Numbered from the stretch's first letter, positions 7,773-15,512 are shown. The stretch is 15,766 bases of DNA from Elusimicrobiota bacterium (GCA_037137395.1 JBAXKK010000064.1:1-15766), one strand, 5' to 3'. Translations and numbers: made by a program. Notes: generated by a model not told the origin, from the letters alone.

Positions 7773-8548
7773 CATGGCCTATTAAATGCATGGCCGTCCT
7801 TATTTTTTTTGCATGCCTCCCGGCCGGCGCGGCCGAAACAGTGCGCTTTGATACTTCCGACGGCTGCCGCCTGGAGGCCTTTTACCAGGCGCCTTCCACC
7901 GGCGCTTATGTGTTCGTGAACGCCCACGGTCTTGGTTCCGGAAGGGGCGAGTGGGGGGTGCTGGAGGCTGAACTGAAAAAAAGGGGGTACGGTTATCTTT
8001 CTCTTGATTTTAGAGGGCATGGCGGAAGTCTTGATTGCGGTGGGGCCCCGGCGGACTACCGCGCATTCGACGCCGCGGGATGGAGTTCGCTTTCCGGTGA
8101 TATACGGGCCGCCGCCGGTTTTCTGAAAACAAAAGGCATTCCCGCGGAAAAGCTGCTGCTTTGCGGAGCCAGCATAGGCGCCAACCTGTCGCTCAAGGCC
8201 GTGATAGAGGGCTTGAGACCGGCAGGGGTCATACTGCTCTCCCCAGGACTTGTCTACGCGGGCGTAAGAATTGATGATTTTTTTAAGGCCGATTTCGGCG
8301 TGCCGGTGTTCATCGCCGCCTCCAGGAGCGACGAGTACTCCTGGCGGAGCGCTGATTATCTGTCGGAGCGGGCCAGAATCAGCGGGATCAAATATGTTTT
8401 TCGCGCCGGCGCCGGGGGACACGGCGTTAATATGCTGACGGCTGAAAAGACGCCCGGCATGATAGAGGCTATAATGGCCTGGGCAAAGAGGCTTAAGCCG
8501 GGAAGCGTGAAGCGAAAAACGAGAAAAGTTGATGGCAGCGCCGGTTGA
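7769..8548 (+). CDS. Secreted alpha/beta-fold hydrolase
   Basis: Signal peptide, HGLG, DFRGHGGS, nucleophile elbow GASIG, acidic D and GHG. ATGA overlap with the barstar stop codon. Confidence 0.9.
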   Translation: MTWPIKCMAVLIFFACLPAGAAETVRFDTSDGCRLEAFYQAPSTGAYVFVNAHGLGSGRGEWGVLEAELKKRGYGYLSLDFRGHGGSLDCGGAPADYRAFDAAGWSSLSGDIRAAAGFLKTKGIPAEKLLLCGASIGANLSLKAVIEGLRPAGVILLSPGLVYAGVRIDDFFKADFGVPVFIAASRSDEYSWRSADYLSERARISGIKYVFRAGAGGHGVNMLTAEKTPGMIEAIMAWAKRLKPGSVKRKTRKVDGSAG

Positions 8549-8610
8549 AAAGCCATTTTTACGATTTGTTATGCCCTGGTTGCTCTGCTCGTGTCAGTAC
8601 GAAATAGCCA

Positions 8611-8639
8611 TTGAAAAGAGCCAGTTTTTATATTAGACT
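8611..8639 (+). promoter_or_regulatory. Putative sigma70 promoter of the exported-protein/hxs operon
   Basis: TTGAAA (8611-8616), 17 bp spacer, TAGACT (8634-8639), in an AT-rich context. Confidence 0.55.
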
Positions 8640-8759
8640 ATATTATATAGATATGAGTGCGACCGATATTCGTTCGCGCCTCATAATTTATGGTCAATGG
8701 CAGCCCGTAGGATGTGTCCGTTAAATGTGTGGCAGCGGGTTCTGCGCTAAGGGGATTTT

Positions 8760-9482
8760 ATGGAAAACACGAATATCACAACTTTTGAGTTGCGGTTTAC
8801 CAAAGGAAAGGCGCTTTTAATCCTGACGGCTTTTTTCCTCTGTTGGCATCCCAGGTTTCTCGGCTCGGAAACCCTGACCCTGACTACTTATTATCCCGCG
8901 CCTTACGGCGGTTATAATAATTTGTTAACCACCGGCCAGACTCTGCTGGCCAGGGATGGCGGCGTGGCCGGCTCATATGTAAACATAGGCGCGGGCTATA
9001 ATGGCACCGGCAGCCGGCGTGACGCGAATGTTAAATTGGAAGTGGGAGACGGCGGCATAAGTACCTCTAACGGCGTGCAGTGGGGCCTTAACCGTTCAGC
9101 CCTGACTACCGAGCAGGGCGGATCAATAGAGCTGGGCGGGGCGGGCGGCACCCCGCGTGTTGATTTTAGCCAGAATATGACGCAGGACTATTCAGCCAGG
9201 CTGTGGCTGTCTCAGCCGGGCCGTCTTGAGGTCGTCGGTGACTTTGCCGTCACCGGGATCATACAGAATGTTTGCAGCCGGGTTCCCTACATCACCGGCC
9301 CGGTTTCGTTTTGTCCCACCGACACTGACGGGGTTGCCAGGAAGATAGTCGGTTCCTACGGTGACGGCGTCGCGCGCGTGACCGGGTATCTCCCCACAAC
9401 CCAGACTTTTGGCACCACGAACAGCGTCGCCATCACTCAGGGCCAGGACTGGAACGGCATAATGATTTGCTGCAGATTTTAA
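8760..9482 (+). CDS. Exported fibre/adhesin-like hypothetical protein A (TTYYPAPYG motif, C-terminal CCRF)
   Basis: 240 aa. Basic-then-hydrophobic leader, ETLTLTTYYPAPYGGY, a Gly-rich beta region containing QGGSIELGG..PRVDF..DYSARL, and a four-Cys C-terminal domain. Close paralog of the next gene. Confidence 0.8.
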   Translation: MENTNITTFELRFTKGKALLILTAFFLCWHPRFLGSETLTLTTYYPAPYGGYNNLLTTGQTLLARDGGVAGSYVNIGAGYNGTGSRRDANVKLEVGDGGISTSNGVQWGLNRSALTTEQGGSIELGGAGGTPRVDFSQNMTQDYSARLWLSQPGRLEVVGDFAVTGIIQNVCSRVPYITGPVSFCPTDTDGVARKIVGSYGDGVARVTGYLPTTQTFGTTNSVAITQGQDWNGIMICCRF

Positions 9483-9525
9483 TTGACAGGCGCGCGTGTT
9501 AGCGGGTTTCAAGGCAAAGGGTTTT

Positions 9526-10236
9526 ATGGAAAACGAAAACATCCTGACCTTGCGGCTGAGGCTGACCGGGAGAAAAGCACTTTTTATCCTGACCGCTTTT
9601 TTTCTGGCCTGGCGTCCCGGTTTTCTGGGGTCGGAGACTTTAACACTGACGACTTATTATCCAGCGCCTTACGGGGGATACGCCGCCCTGCTGACTACCG
9701 GTCAGACCCTGCTGGCCAGGGACGGCGGGGTCGCTAATTACATAAATGTAGGCGCCGGCTATAACGGCACCGGCAGCCGACGTGACGCGACTGTCAAGCT
9801 GGAAGTGGGAGACGGCGGAATAAGCGTCTCCAACGGAATGCGATGGGGCGCAGGCCGCGGCGCCCTTACTACAGATCAAGGCGGCTCTATAGAGTTGGGC
9901 GGGGCTGGCGGCGGCTATCCGCGCGTTGATTTCAGCCAGAATATGGCGCAGGATCATTCAGCCAGGCTGTGGCTGGCTCAGGCGGGCCGCCTTGAGGTTG
10001 TCGGCGATTTTTCTCTTACCGGGGTTATACAAGACGCCTGCAGCCGCGTCGCCCACACCGCGTCCTGCCCGGCCGACTCTGACGGGGTTGTCCGCAAGCA
10101 GATGGTCGGCTTTCTCCCCGACTCCAGCGGATATGTAAGCGGATTTCTGTACAAGAACGGAGCGGCTGGCGTGGGGACATATGTACGTATGCCCTACACC
10201 CGCAGCGGTGTCAAGGTTTGTTGTAGATTTAATTGA
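9526..10236 (+). CDS. Exported fibre/adhesin-like hypothetical protein B, tandem paralog of A
   Basis: Start moved to ATG 9526 (MENENIL) by alignment with protein A (MENTNIT). 236 aa, same motifs, ends CCRFN. Confidence 0.8.
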   Translation: MENENILTLRLRLTGRKALFILTAFFLAWRPGFLGSETLTLTTYYPAPYGGYAALLTTGQTLLARDGGVANYINVGAGYNGTGSRRDATVKLEVGDGGISVSNGMRWGAGRGALTTDQGGSIELGGAGGGYPRVDFSQNMAQDHSARLWLAQAGRLEVVGDFSLTGVIQDACSRVAHTASCPADSDGVVRKQMVGFLPDSSGYVSGFLYKNGAAGVGTYVRMPYTRSGVKVCCRFN

Positions 10237-10273
10237 GCGGTTGACGGCGAGCCGGCCGTTAAAGGAGCGTGGT

Positions 10274-10744
10274 TTGACTAAAACAACTTTGAGCGTGAAA
10301 GTAAATGCGAAGGACTACGATCTCGATGCCGTCCGCTATGCCGCGTACGCCGTAAGCGACGCGGCGTATGTTTTTATAAAACCGGGGGTCGGAGGCGTGA
10401 CTGTTGAATTCGTCCCCAAAAACTCCGCCGCGAAAAATATCAGCGCGCGCTTTAAAGGAGAGCTTAAGGATGAAAAACTGCGCGCCTCTATTTTTGACGC
10501 CAACCGCGATCTGCGGGAATTTATGATCCTGAAGGCGCTGGCCTATGAGGAAATTCCGGCCGGCGTCAGGCAGGAGGACTCCGGCCTTACTCCGGAGCAG
10601 GAGAAGGAACTGGACGCTTTGATCGCGCAGGTTGAGGGTGAGATAAAAAAGGAATCTGCCGGGAATAAGACCAAAGATCCGCTCGGGATCACAAGGACAT
10701 GGGAAGAAAAATATGGCTCAAAAAACGGCCGCAAAAAAAAGTAA
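10274..10744 (+). CDS. hxsD: His-Xaa-Ser system protein HxsD-like with C-terminal extension
   Basis: TTG start 6 nt after AAGGAG. Pattern YDLDAVRYAAY..YVFI..F..EL.DEKLR..I...R..REF...AL is typical of HxsD. Lies immediately upstream of hxsB. Confidence 0.75.
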   Translation: MTKTTLSVKVNAKDYDLDAVRYAAYAVSDAAYVFIKPGVGGVTVEFVPKNSAAKNISARFKGELKDEKLRASIFDANRDLREFMILKALAYEEIPAGVRQEDSGLTPEQEKELDALIAQVEGEIKKESAGNKTKDPLGITRTWEEKYGSKNGRKKK

Positions 10745-12170
10745 AAAAATAACTTCCGTGCTGCCGCAGGTCTTGTGGCGTAAAATAGGCGCGAATTATC
10801 TGCTCACCAACGATTCAGGTCATTACGCGTGGCTTAAGGAAAAGGACTTCGCGCTGGTCACAGTCGGCGGGATGACCGAGCTCCATCCGCTTTTTGCGGA
10901 GCTGGCCGTAAAAGGGTTCATCCGGAACCGCCTGGATTTTAACGACCTGGCCGCGAAGTGGAAAAAGAAAAACGCCTACCTGAATTACGGCCCCGGCCTG
11001 CATATCCTGGTGATGACGCTCAGGTGTAATCATAAATGTCTTTATTGCCAGTCCAGCGCGGCCGGCGTGGGAGACAAGAAGACCGACATGAATCTCGCGA
11101 CCGCGCGCAAAAGCGTGGATTTCGCCTTTAATTCCCCCAACCCGGGCATAACCATAGAATTCCAGGGCGGAGAGCCTCTGCTGAACTGGGAAGTGCTTAA
11201 AGGCGCGGTTGAATACGCGCGTAAAAAATCCGGGACGGCGGGCAAAGAATTAAAATTGGCGCTGGTTTCTAATTTCAGCCTCATGACGGAGGAGAAGGCC
11301 AATTTTCTCCTCAAAAACGAGGTTTCCCTGTGCACTTCGCTTGACGGCCCGAAAAATCTGCACGACAAGAACAGGATTTGTTCATCCGGGAATTCGCACT
11401 CCGACACTGTAAAATGGATAAAGTATTTTCAGAAACGATGCAAAAAACAGGTTCCGGAGTACCGGGTTTTCAAGCCGAGCGCGCTGCTTACCGTCTCCAA
11501 GTATTCGCTGCCGCGGCATAAGGAAATTATAGACGAGTATGTCAGGCTGGGTCTGGAGGACATATTCGTCAGGCCGCTCGCTCCCATCGGTTACGCGCGG
11601 AAGCTCTGGGGCACCATCGGTTACGACGCCGCGGATTTCGCGGCGTTCTACCTCAAGAGCCTTGACTATATGCTCAAGCTTAACCGCCAAGGCGTGGTTA
11701 TCCGGGAGAAAATGGCCACCATGATGCTGGACAAGATAGTAAATTTGCAGGACCCGGGATATCTGGACGCGCGCTGCCCCTGCGGAGCGGCCATCGGCCA
11801 GATAGCTTACAATCATAACGGCGACCTTTATACCTGCGACGAGGGCCGCATGGTTGGTTGGGAGGGGGATGATCTCTTCCGCATAGGCAATGTATTTAAA
11901 GATAGCTATAAAAAGGTGATGACTGACCCGGTCACCAAGGTCTGCGTCGTTTCATCAAATCTGGAGGCCCAGCCGGCCTGCGCCCGCTGCGCTTATAAGC
12001 CCTATTGCGGCGTGTGCCCCGTGTATAATTACGAGGTTCAGGGATCCTTGTGGGGGAATATCCCCTCAAACGACCGCTGCGGGCTTTTTAAAGGTATATT
12101 GGACACGCTTTTCACGCTTTTGAAAAGTCCCGGTAACGCGGAGATACTTAAAAAATGGGTGACAAAATGA
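10713..12170 (+). CDS. hxsB: His-Xaa-Ser system radical SAM/SPASM maturase HxsB
   Basis: N-terminal YLLTNDSG, TLRCNHKCLYCQ (CxxxCxxC), IEFQGGEPLLN, TSLDGP..LHD.NR, CPCGAAIGQIAYNHNGDLYTCDEGRM and a SPASM-type CARCAYKPYCGVCPV..RC motif. Confidence 0.9.
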   Translation: MAQKTAAKKSKKITSVLPQVLWRKIGANYLLTNDSGHYAWLKEKDFALVTVGGMTELHPLFAELAVKGFIRNRLDFNDLAAKWKKKNAYLNYGPGLHILVMTLRCNHKCLYCQSSAAGVGDKKTDMNLATARKSVDFAFNSPNPGITIEFQGGEPLLNWEVLKGAVEYARKKSGTAGKELKLALVSNFSLMTEEKANFLLKNEVSLCTSLDGPKNLHDKNRICSSGNSHSDTVKWIKYFQKRCKKQVPEYRVFKPSALLTVSKYSLPRHKEIIDEYVRLGLEDIFVRPLAPIGYARKLWGTIGYDAADFAAFYLKSLDYMLKLNRQGVVIREKMATMMLDKIVNLQDPGYLDARCPCGAAIGQIAYNHNGDLYTCDEGRMVGWEGDDLFRIGNVFKDSYKKVMTDPVTKVCVVSSNLEAQPACARCAYKPYCGVCPVYNYEVQGSLWGNIPSNDRCGLFKGILDTLFTLLKSPGNAEILKKWVTK

Positions 12171-12460
12171 AGACCTCACTTCCTGAAAAAAAACTTATCC
12201 TGGATAACGGGATCTATTGCGCCGAAGCCGTTAAGCTGGCCGCTTTCGTGTTTTCCGGCAGAGTCGATATAAAGATCAAGCCCGGTAAAAGCGCTTCGCA
12301 GATTCTTATCGGCGCCCAATCTTCGGACCTAGCCGCCGGAGAGTTTATGAACGAGGTTTTGAACCAGCAGTGCCGCATAGACCTGGCGAAGAAAAATTCC
12401 AAGATCGCCGGCATTATAGTCACCAAGGCCCTGCTGTCAGCCGCCGGGAAAAAAAGCTGA
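12167..12460 (+). CDS. Second HxsD-like protein
   Basis: ATGA-coupled to the hxsB stop. IYCAEAVKLAAFVF...GEFMNEVLNQQCR..L....IVTKAL follows the HxsD pattern. Confidence 0.7.
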   Translation: MKTSLPEKKLILDNGIYCAEAVKLAAFVFSGRVDIKIKPGKSASQILIGAQSSDLAAGEFMNEVLNQQCRIDLAKKNSKIAGIIVTKALLSAAGKKS

Positions 12461-12536
12461 CGGCTGGCATGCCGGACGGCGATCAGCCGCAAAGAAGTCC
12501 CGCTTCACTCTTTCCGCTTTATGCCCCGTAATATTT

Positions 12537-13424
12537 ATGCCAGACATACCGTTTTGGAATAAGTGCAATAATAAGTGCGTCATGTGCACAAACCTGCCGG
12601 AGTTCGCAGCTCAGGAAGCCGCTCTGTACGGCTTGAAAAGCCAGATAAAAAAACTGGAAAGCTATTTGAAGGGCCTCGGTCCGGTCTACCTCAAAAATAA
12701 CGATAAAGCGGATTTTTTAAGCCTCACAGGCGGCGAGCCTACGCTGCACCCGGATTTTTTCAGGTTGCTGGCTTATTTCAAAAGAAGGCTGCCCGGCGTC
12801 AGCATCACTCTGCTTTCCAACGGCAGGCGTTTCGCGGATAAGGATTTTACGCGGCGGTTTCTGAAGATGGCCGGTTCGCGCCTGACGGTCGCCGTCCCCC
12901 TGCACGGAGCTTCCTCCCGTGTTCACGACAAGGTTGCCGGAGTAAGGGGCGCCTTTCGGGAAACGGTAGGCGGACTTGAGAATCTGCTGGCGGGGCCGGA
13001 AGGCGTTTTTCTTGAGATAAGGCTGGTTCTGCATCGCCTTAATATCAAAGAGTTCTCAAAGATACTTTTATTTCTGCGTGAGAACTTGCCTTTCCCAGGC
13101 AGATACAGGGTGGTAGTCATTCATTACGAGATAGAGGGAATGTCGCTCAAAAACCATAAAAGCCTCGCGCTCAGGCTTTCCGATTCGGCCAGAGTGATAA
13201 ACGCCGCCGCCTCGCTGATAGAAACCTTTCCGGATCTCAGGCTCTATCATTTCCCGCTATGCCTGATAAAAAATAAACTGCGGAGCCGGTGCTGGATAAC
13301 CCTGCCGGCTGAAGACCGGATCTATACAAAAAAATGTGACGGGTGCAAAGCCAGAAAAGAGTGTCTGGGCCTTATGCTGGAATATTACAAGGAATTCGGA
13401 GACGCGGAGCTTAAAACATTATGA
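12537..13424 (+). CDS. hxsC: Radical SAM protein, HxsC-like
   Basis: CNNKCVMC, LTGGEPTL, LLSNGRRF, VPLHG...HD, EIRLVLH, LYHFPLC and a C-terminal CDGC....CLG motif. Context next to hxsB. Confidence 0.75.
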   Translation: MPDIPFWNKCNNKCVMCTNLPEFAAQEAALYGLKSQIKKLESYLKGLGPVYLKNNDKADFLSLTGGEPTLHPDFFRLLAYFKRRLPGVSITLLSNGRRFADKDFTRRFLKMAGSRLTVAVPLHGASSRVHDKVAGVRGAFRETVGGLENLLAGPEGVFLEIRLVLHRLNIKEFSKILLFLRENLPFPGRYRVVVIHYEIEGMSLKNHKSLALRLSDSARVINAAASLIETFPDLRLYHFPLCLIKNKLRSRCWITLPAEDRIYTKKCDGCKARKECLGLMLEYYKEFGDAELKTL

Positions 13425-14578
13425 AATTTTTCGGTCTCTCATGTCTGGTCGTGTTTGTCATATGGGCTGTGGGCATTGTAAATATCGATATAGCCACAAA
13501 AAAGATCCCCAACGCCAGAGTGGCGCTCGGAGCCAAGCTGATGCTGCTGGCCCTGGGGGTGATGATGCTGAACACCTATCAGGGGTCAGTCGGTTCCGCG
13601 ACCAGTTACCTCACCTGGAACTTCTATCTCCTATGGTGCGCGCATTTCTTCTGGGCGGTCCTGGCCGGGGTGATACTCTGGTATTCCGAGATTTGGCCGG
13701 CGGGCGACGCCAAGTTCTTTATACTGGTCGCGGCCTGGCTGCCGCTGATAAATCCCTATATCAAGAATTTTCCAAATTATCTATTCCTGAGCCTGCTGAT
13801 AAACATTTTCGTCGCGGCAGCTCTGGTGACAATAGGCGCTTTTATCGCCTCCGGCCTGGCGCAGGCTAGCCTTGGAGACTTTTTAAAAAGTATCTGGTCC
13901 GACCTGAAAGTCAGGATGAAAAGCATGGCAGGTGATAACAAGAAGAACGGATGGCTGATAACGGCGTATATTGCCAATATGACTTTTCTGTTCCTGCTGC
14001 AACAGATCATGAACGCTGAAAGTCGGCATTTGCTGTCCAGGTTTCTGGCCCGCCCTGATATTATTTACTTCTTTCTGTTCTTTCTCTGGGACAAGATCGG
14101 TTCGGTCTTTCAGAGCAAGAAATGGCTTTATGTCACCACGGCCTGCTACGCCATATATTTCTTCGGCGGCTATTTTTACTTTTACGACCGGCTGGTCAGC
14201 CTTGTGTTCTACGCCATGGCAAATGTGGTCAAGTTCAGCCTGTTGCTTTTCTTCGGGCGGTTCGTCTTGGAAGCCCTGATAGAAAATAAAGACACGCAGT
14301 ACCTTAAGGCCTCGGAACTGGAACCGGGTATGATACTCCTGCCCAAAACGGCGCAGACCTTCAGGCAGAATCCGGTTTTTGAAGGCGCGTTCGACGATTG
14401 TTTTAAGGACGGCCTTACGGCGGAACAGATCCAGATCATAAAAGACTGGATGGCCAAGATGACCATGCCGGACCCCAAGATAGAAGTGATGCGCGGACGG
14501 CCTTTCGCGTTATGGATATTTGCCGGAGCGGTTATTTCGATTCTCTTCGATAAAACCATCGTGCACCTTCTTAAATGA
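13421..14578 (+). CDS. A24 family GxGD aspartic membrane peptidase (archaeal FlaK/EppA-like prepilin peptidase)
   Basis: Multi-TM protein. First Asp in NIDIATKKIPN, second in WPAGDAK. C-terminal soluble segment ELEPGMIL...DGLTAEQI followed by RPFALWIFAG. ATGA-coupled to both neighbours. Confidence 0.8.
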   Translation: MKFFGLSCLVVFVIWAVGIVNIDIATKKIPNARVALGAKLMLLALGVMMLNTYQGSVGSATSYLTWNFYLLWCAHFFWAVLAGVILWYSEIWPAGDAKFFILVAAWLPLINPYIKNFPNYLFLSLLINIFVAAALVTIGAFIASGLAQASLGDFLKSIWSDLKVRMKSMAGDNKKNGWLITAYIANMTFLFLLQQIMNAESRHLLSRFLARPDIIYFFLFFLWDKIGSVFQSKKWLYVTTACYAIYFFGGYFYFYDRLVSLVFYAMANVVKFSLLLFFGRFVLEALIENKDTQYLKASELEPGMILLPKTAQTFRQNPVFEGAFDDCFKDGLTAEQIQIIKDWMAKMTMPDPKIEVMRGRPFALWIFAGAVISILFDKTIVHLLK

Positions 14579-15507
14579 CAAAAGAAAACGCAAAGATGCT
14601 GAAGATAGTCCTGTTCACCGGTTACGCGTGCAGTAACCGCTGCGTGTTCTGCATCGGCGCGGATAAGCGGAACCTGCGGGGGCGGACCACCAAAGAGCTG
14701 CTTGCTTCTGTCTACGCGGCCAAAAAAAAAGGCGCGGATATCCTTGAGATCATCGGCGGTGAAGCCACTATAAGACCGGATTTTGCTGCCCTGGTTCGCG
14801 CCGCCAAGGATATAGGCATACGCGAAGTGGTTTGCGCCACTAACGGACGGGTGTTTTCTGATATGTCCATGGCCGGAGCGATTGTCGGGGCGGGAATAGA
14901 TGAACTTATCTTTTCGATACACGGGCCGTCCGCAGCGGTGCACGACAAAATGACCGCCAGCCCGGGCAGCTTCGCGGAGCTGAAGAAGGGCCTGGCCAAT
15001 CTTAAAAAGCTTGGGTTCAAGCGGATAAGCGGCAATACCACAGTGGTCAAGGGTAATATGCGCTCCCTTCCGGAAATAGCCAGATTTTATGTCCGGCTGG
15101 GGATCCGCAATGTGGAATACATCTTTGTGGATCCCAATTACGGAGGCGCCCGGAACGATTTTGACGAACTGGTGCCCAGGATCTCGGCGGCCGCGCCGCA
15201 TATGCGCTCGGCGCTCAGGATCGGTCTCACCGCCGGCTTTGATCAGTGGAAAGTCCGGTATGTTCCCCTATGTCATTTTATAGGTTATGAGGCGCAGATA
15301 AGCGAGATGAACGAGCGGGTCAACTTTCTGACCGAACACTGGGCACCTGATTTTAAAAACACGGACGCCATCGGTTCGCGGAGCGCCGTTGGCAGACGGC
15401 GCACGGCCGTCTGTAAAGGCTGCGCTCGTCTCCATGTCTGTGAAGGCATATGGGTTGAATATTTGAAGCATTACGGAGACGGGGAACTGAGGCCGATAAA
15501 GAGGTAG
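14575..15507 (+). CDS. Radical SAM protein, second HxsC-like paralog
   Basis: CSNRCVFC, IGGEATIRPD, ATNGR, FSIHG...VHD, RYVPLC and a C-terminal CKGC....CEGIW..Y...YGDGELRP, parallel to the C-terminus of 12537..13424. Confidence 0.85.
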   Translation: MTKENAKMLKIVLFTGYACSNRCVFCIGADKRNLRGRTTKELLASVYAAKKKGADILEIIGGEATIRPDFAALVRAAKDIGIREVVCATNGRVFSDMSMAGAIVGAGIDELIFSIHGPSAAVHDKMTASPGSFAELKKGLANLKKLGFKRISGNTTVVKGNMRSLPEIARFYVRLGIRNVEYIFVDPNYGGARNDFDELVPRISAAAPHMRSALRIGLTAGFDQWKVRYVPLCHFIGYEAQISEMNERVNFLTEHWAPDFKNTDAIGSRSAVGRRRTAVCKGCARLHVCEGIWVEYLKHYGDGELRPIKR

Positions 15508-15512
15508 CGACC

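Noticed and set aside
8571..8724. Small ORFs of 21 aa (ATG 8571) and 23 aa (ATG 8653) as HxsA candidates
   Set aside because: No His residues, no RBS, and they overlap the predicted promoter and leader hairpin.
8679..8735. Superficial purine-riboswitch resemblance (cataat..aatgg..ccgttaaa)
   Set aside because: Lacks the GUUUCUAC junction and proper P1/P3 stems.
8760..10236. DGR or shufflon mechanism for the variable C-termini
   Set aside because: No reverse transcriptase, template repeat, recombinase or invertible cassettes in the window, and the differences are not limited to adenines.
10733..10749. A_AAA_AAG slippery site before the hxsD stop as a programmed fusion to hxsB
   Set aside because: hxsB is in the +1 frame, so a -1 shift would not fuse them, and the A runs are explained by Lys codons. 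The same applies to the A9 run at 14722-14730.
12469..12531. 20-aa ORF MPDGDQPQRSPASLFPLYAP as a candidate precursor peptide
   Set aside because: No RBS, no His-Xaa-Ser or Cys motif, and it overlaps a hairpin and heptamer tract.
14209..15201. 330-aa antisense ORF (likewise 7631..8422 and 3954..4601)
   Set aside because: Fully overlaps motif-bearing genes on the other strand; expected from GC-rich codon bias.
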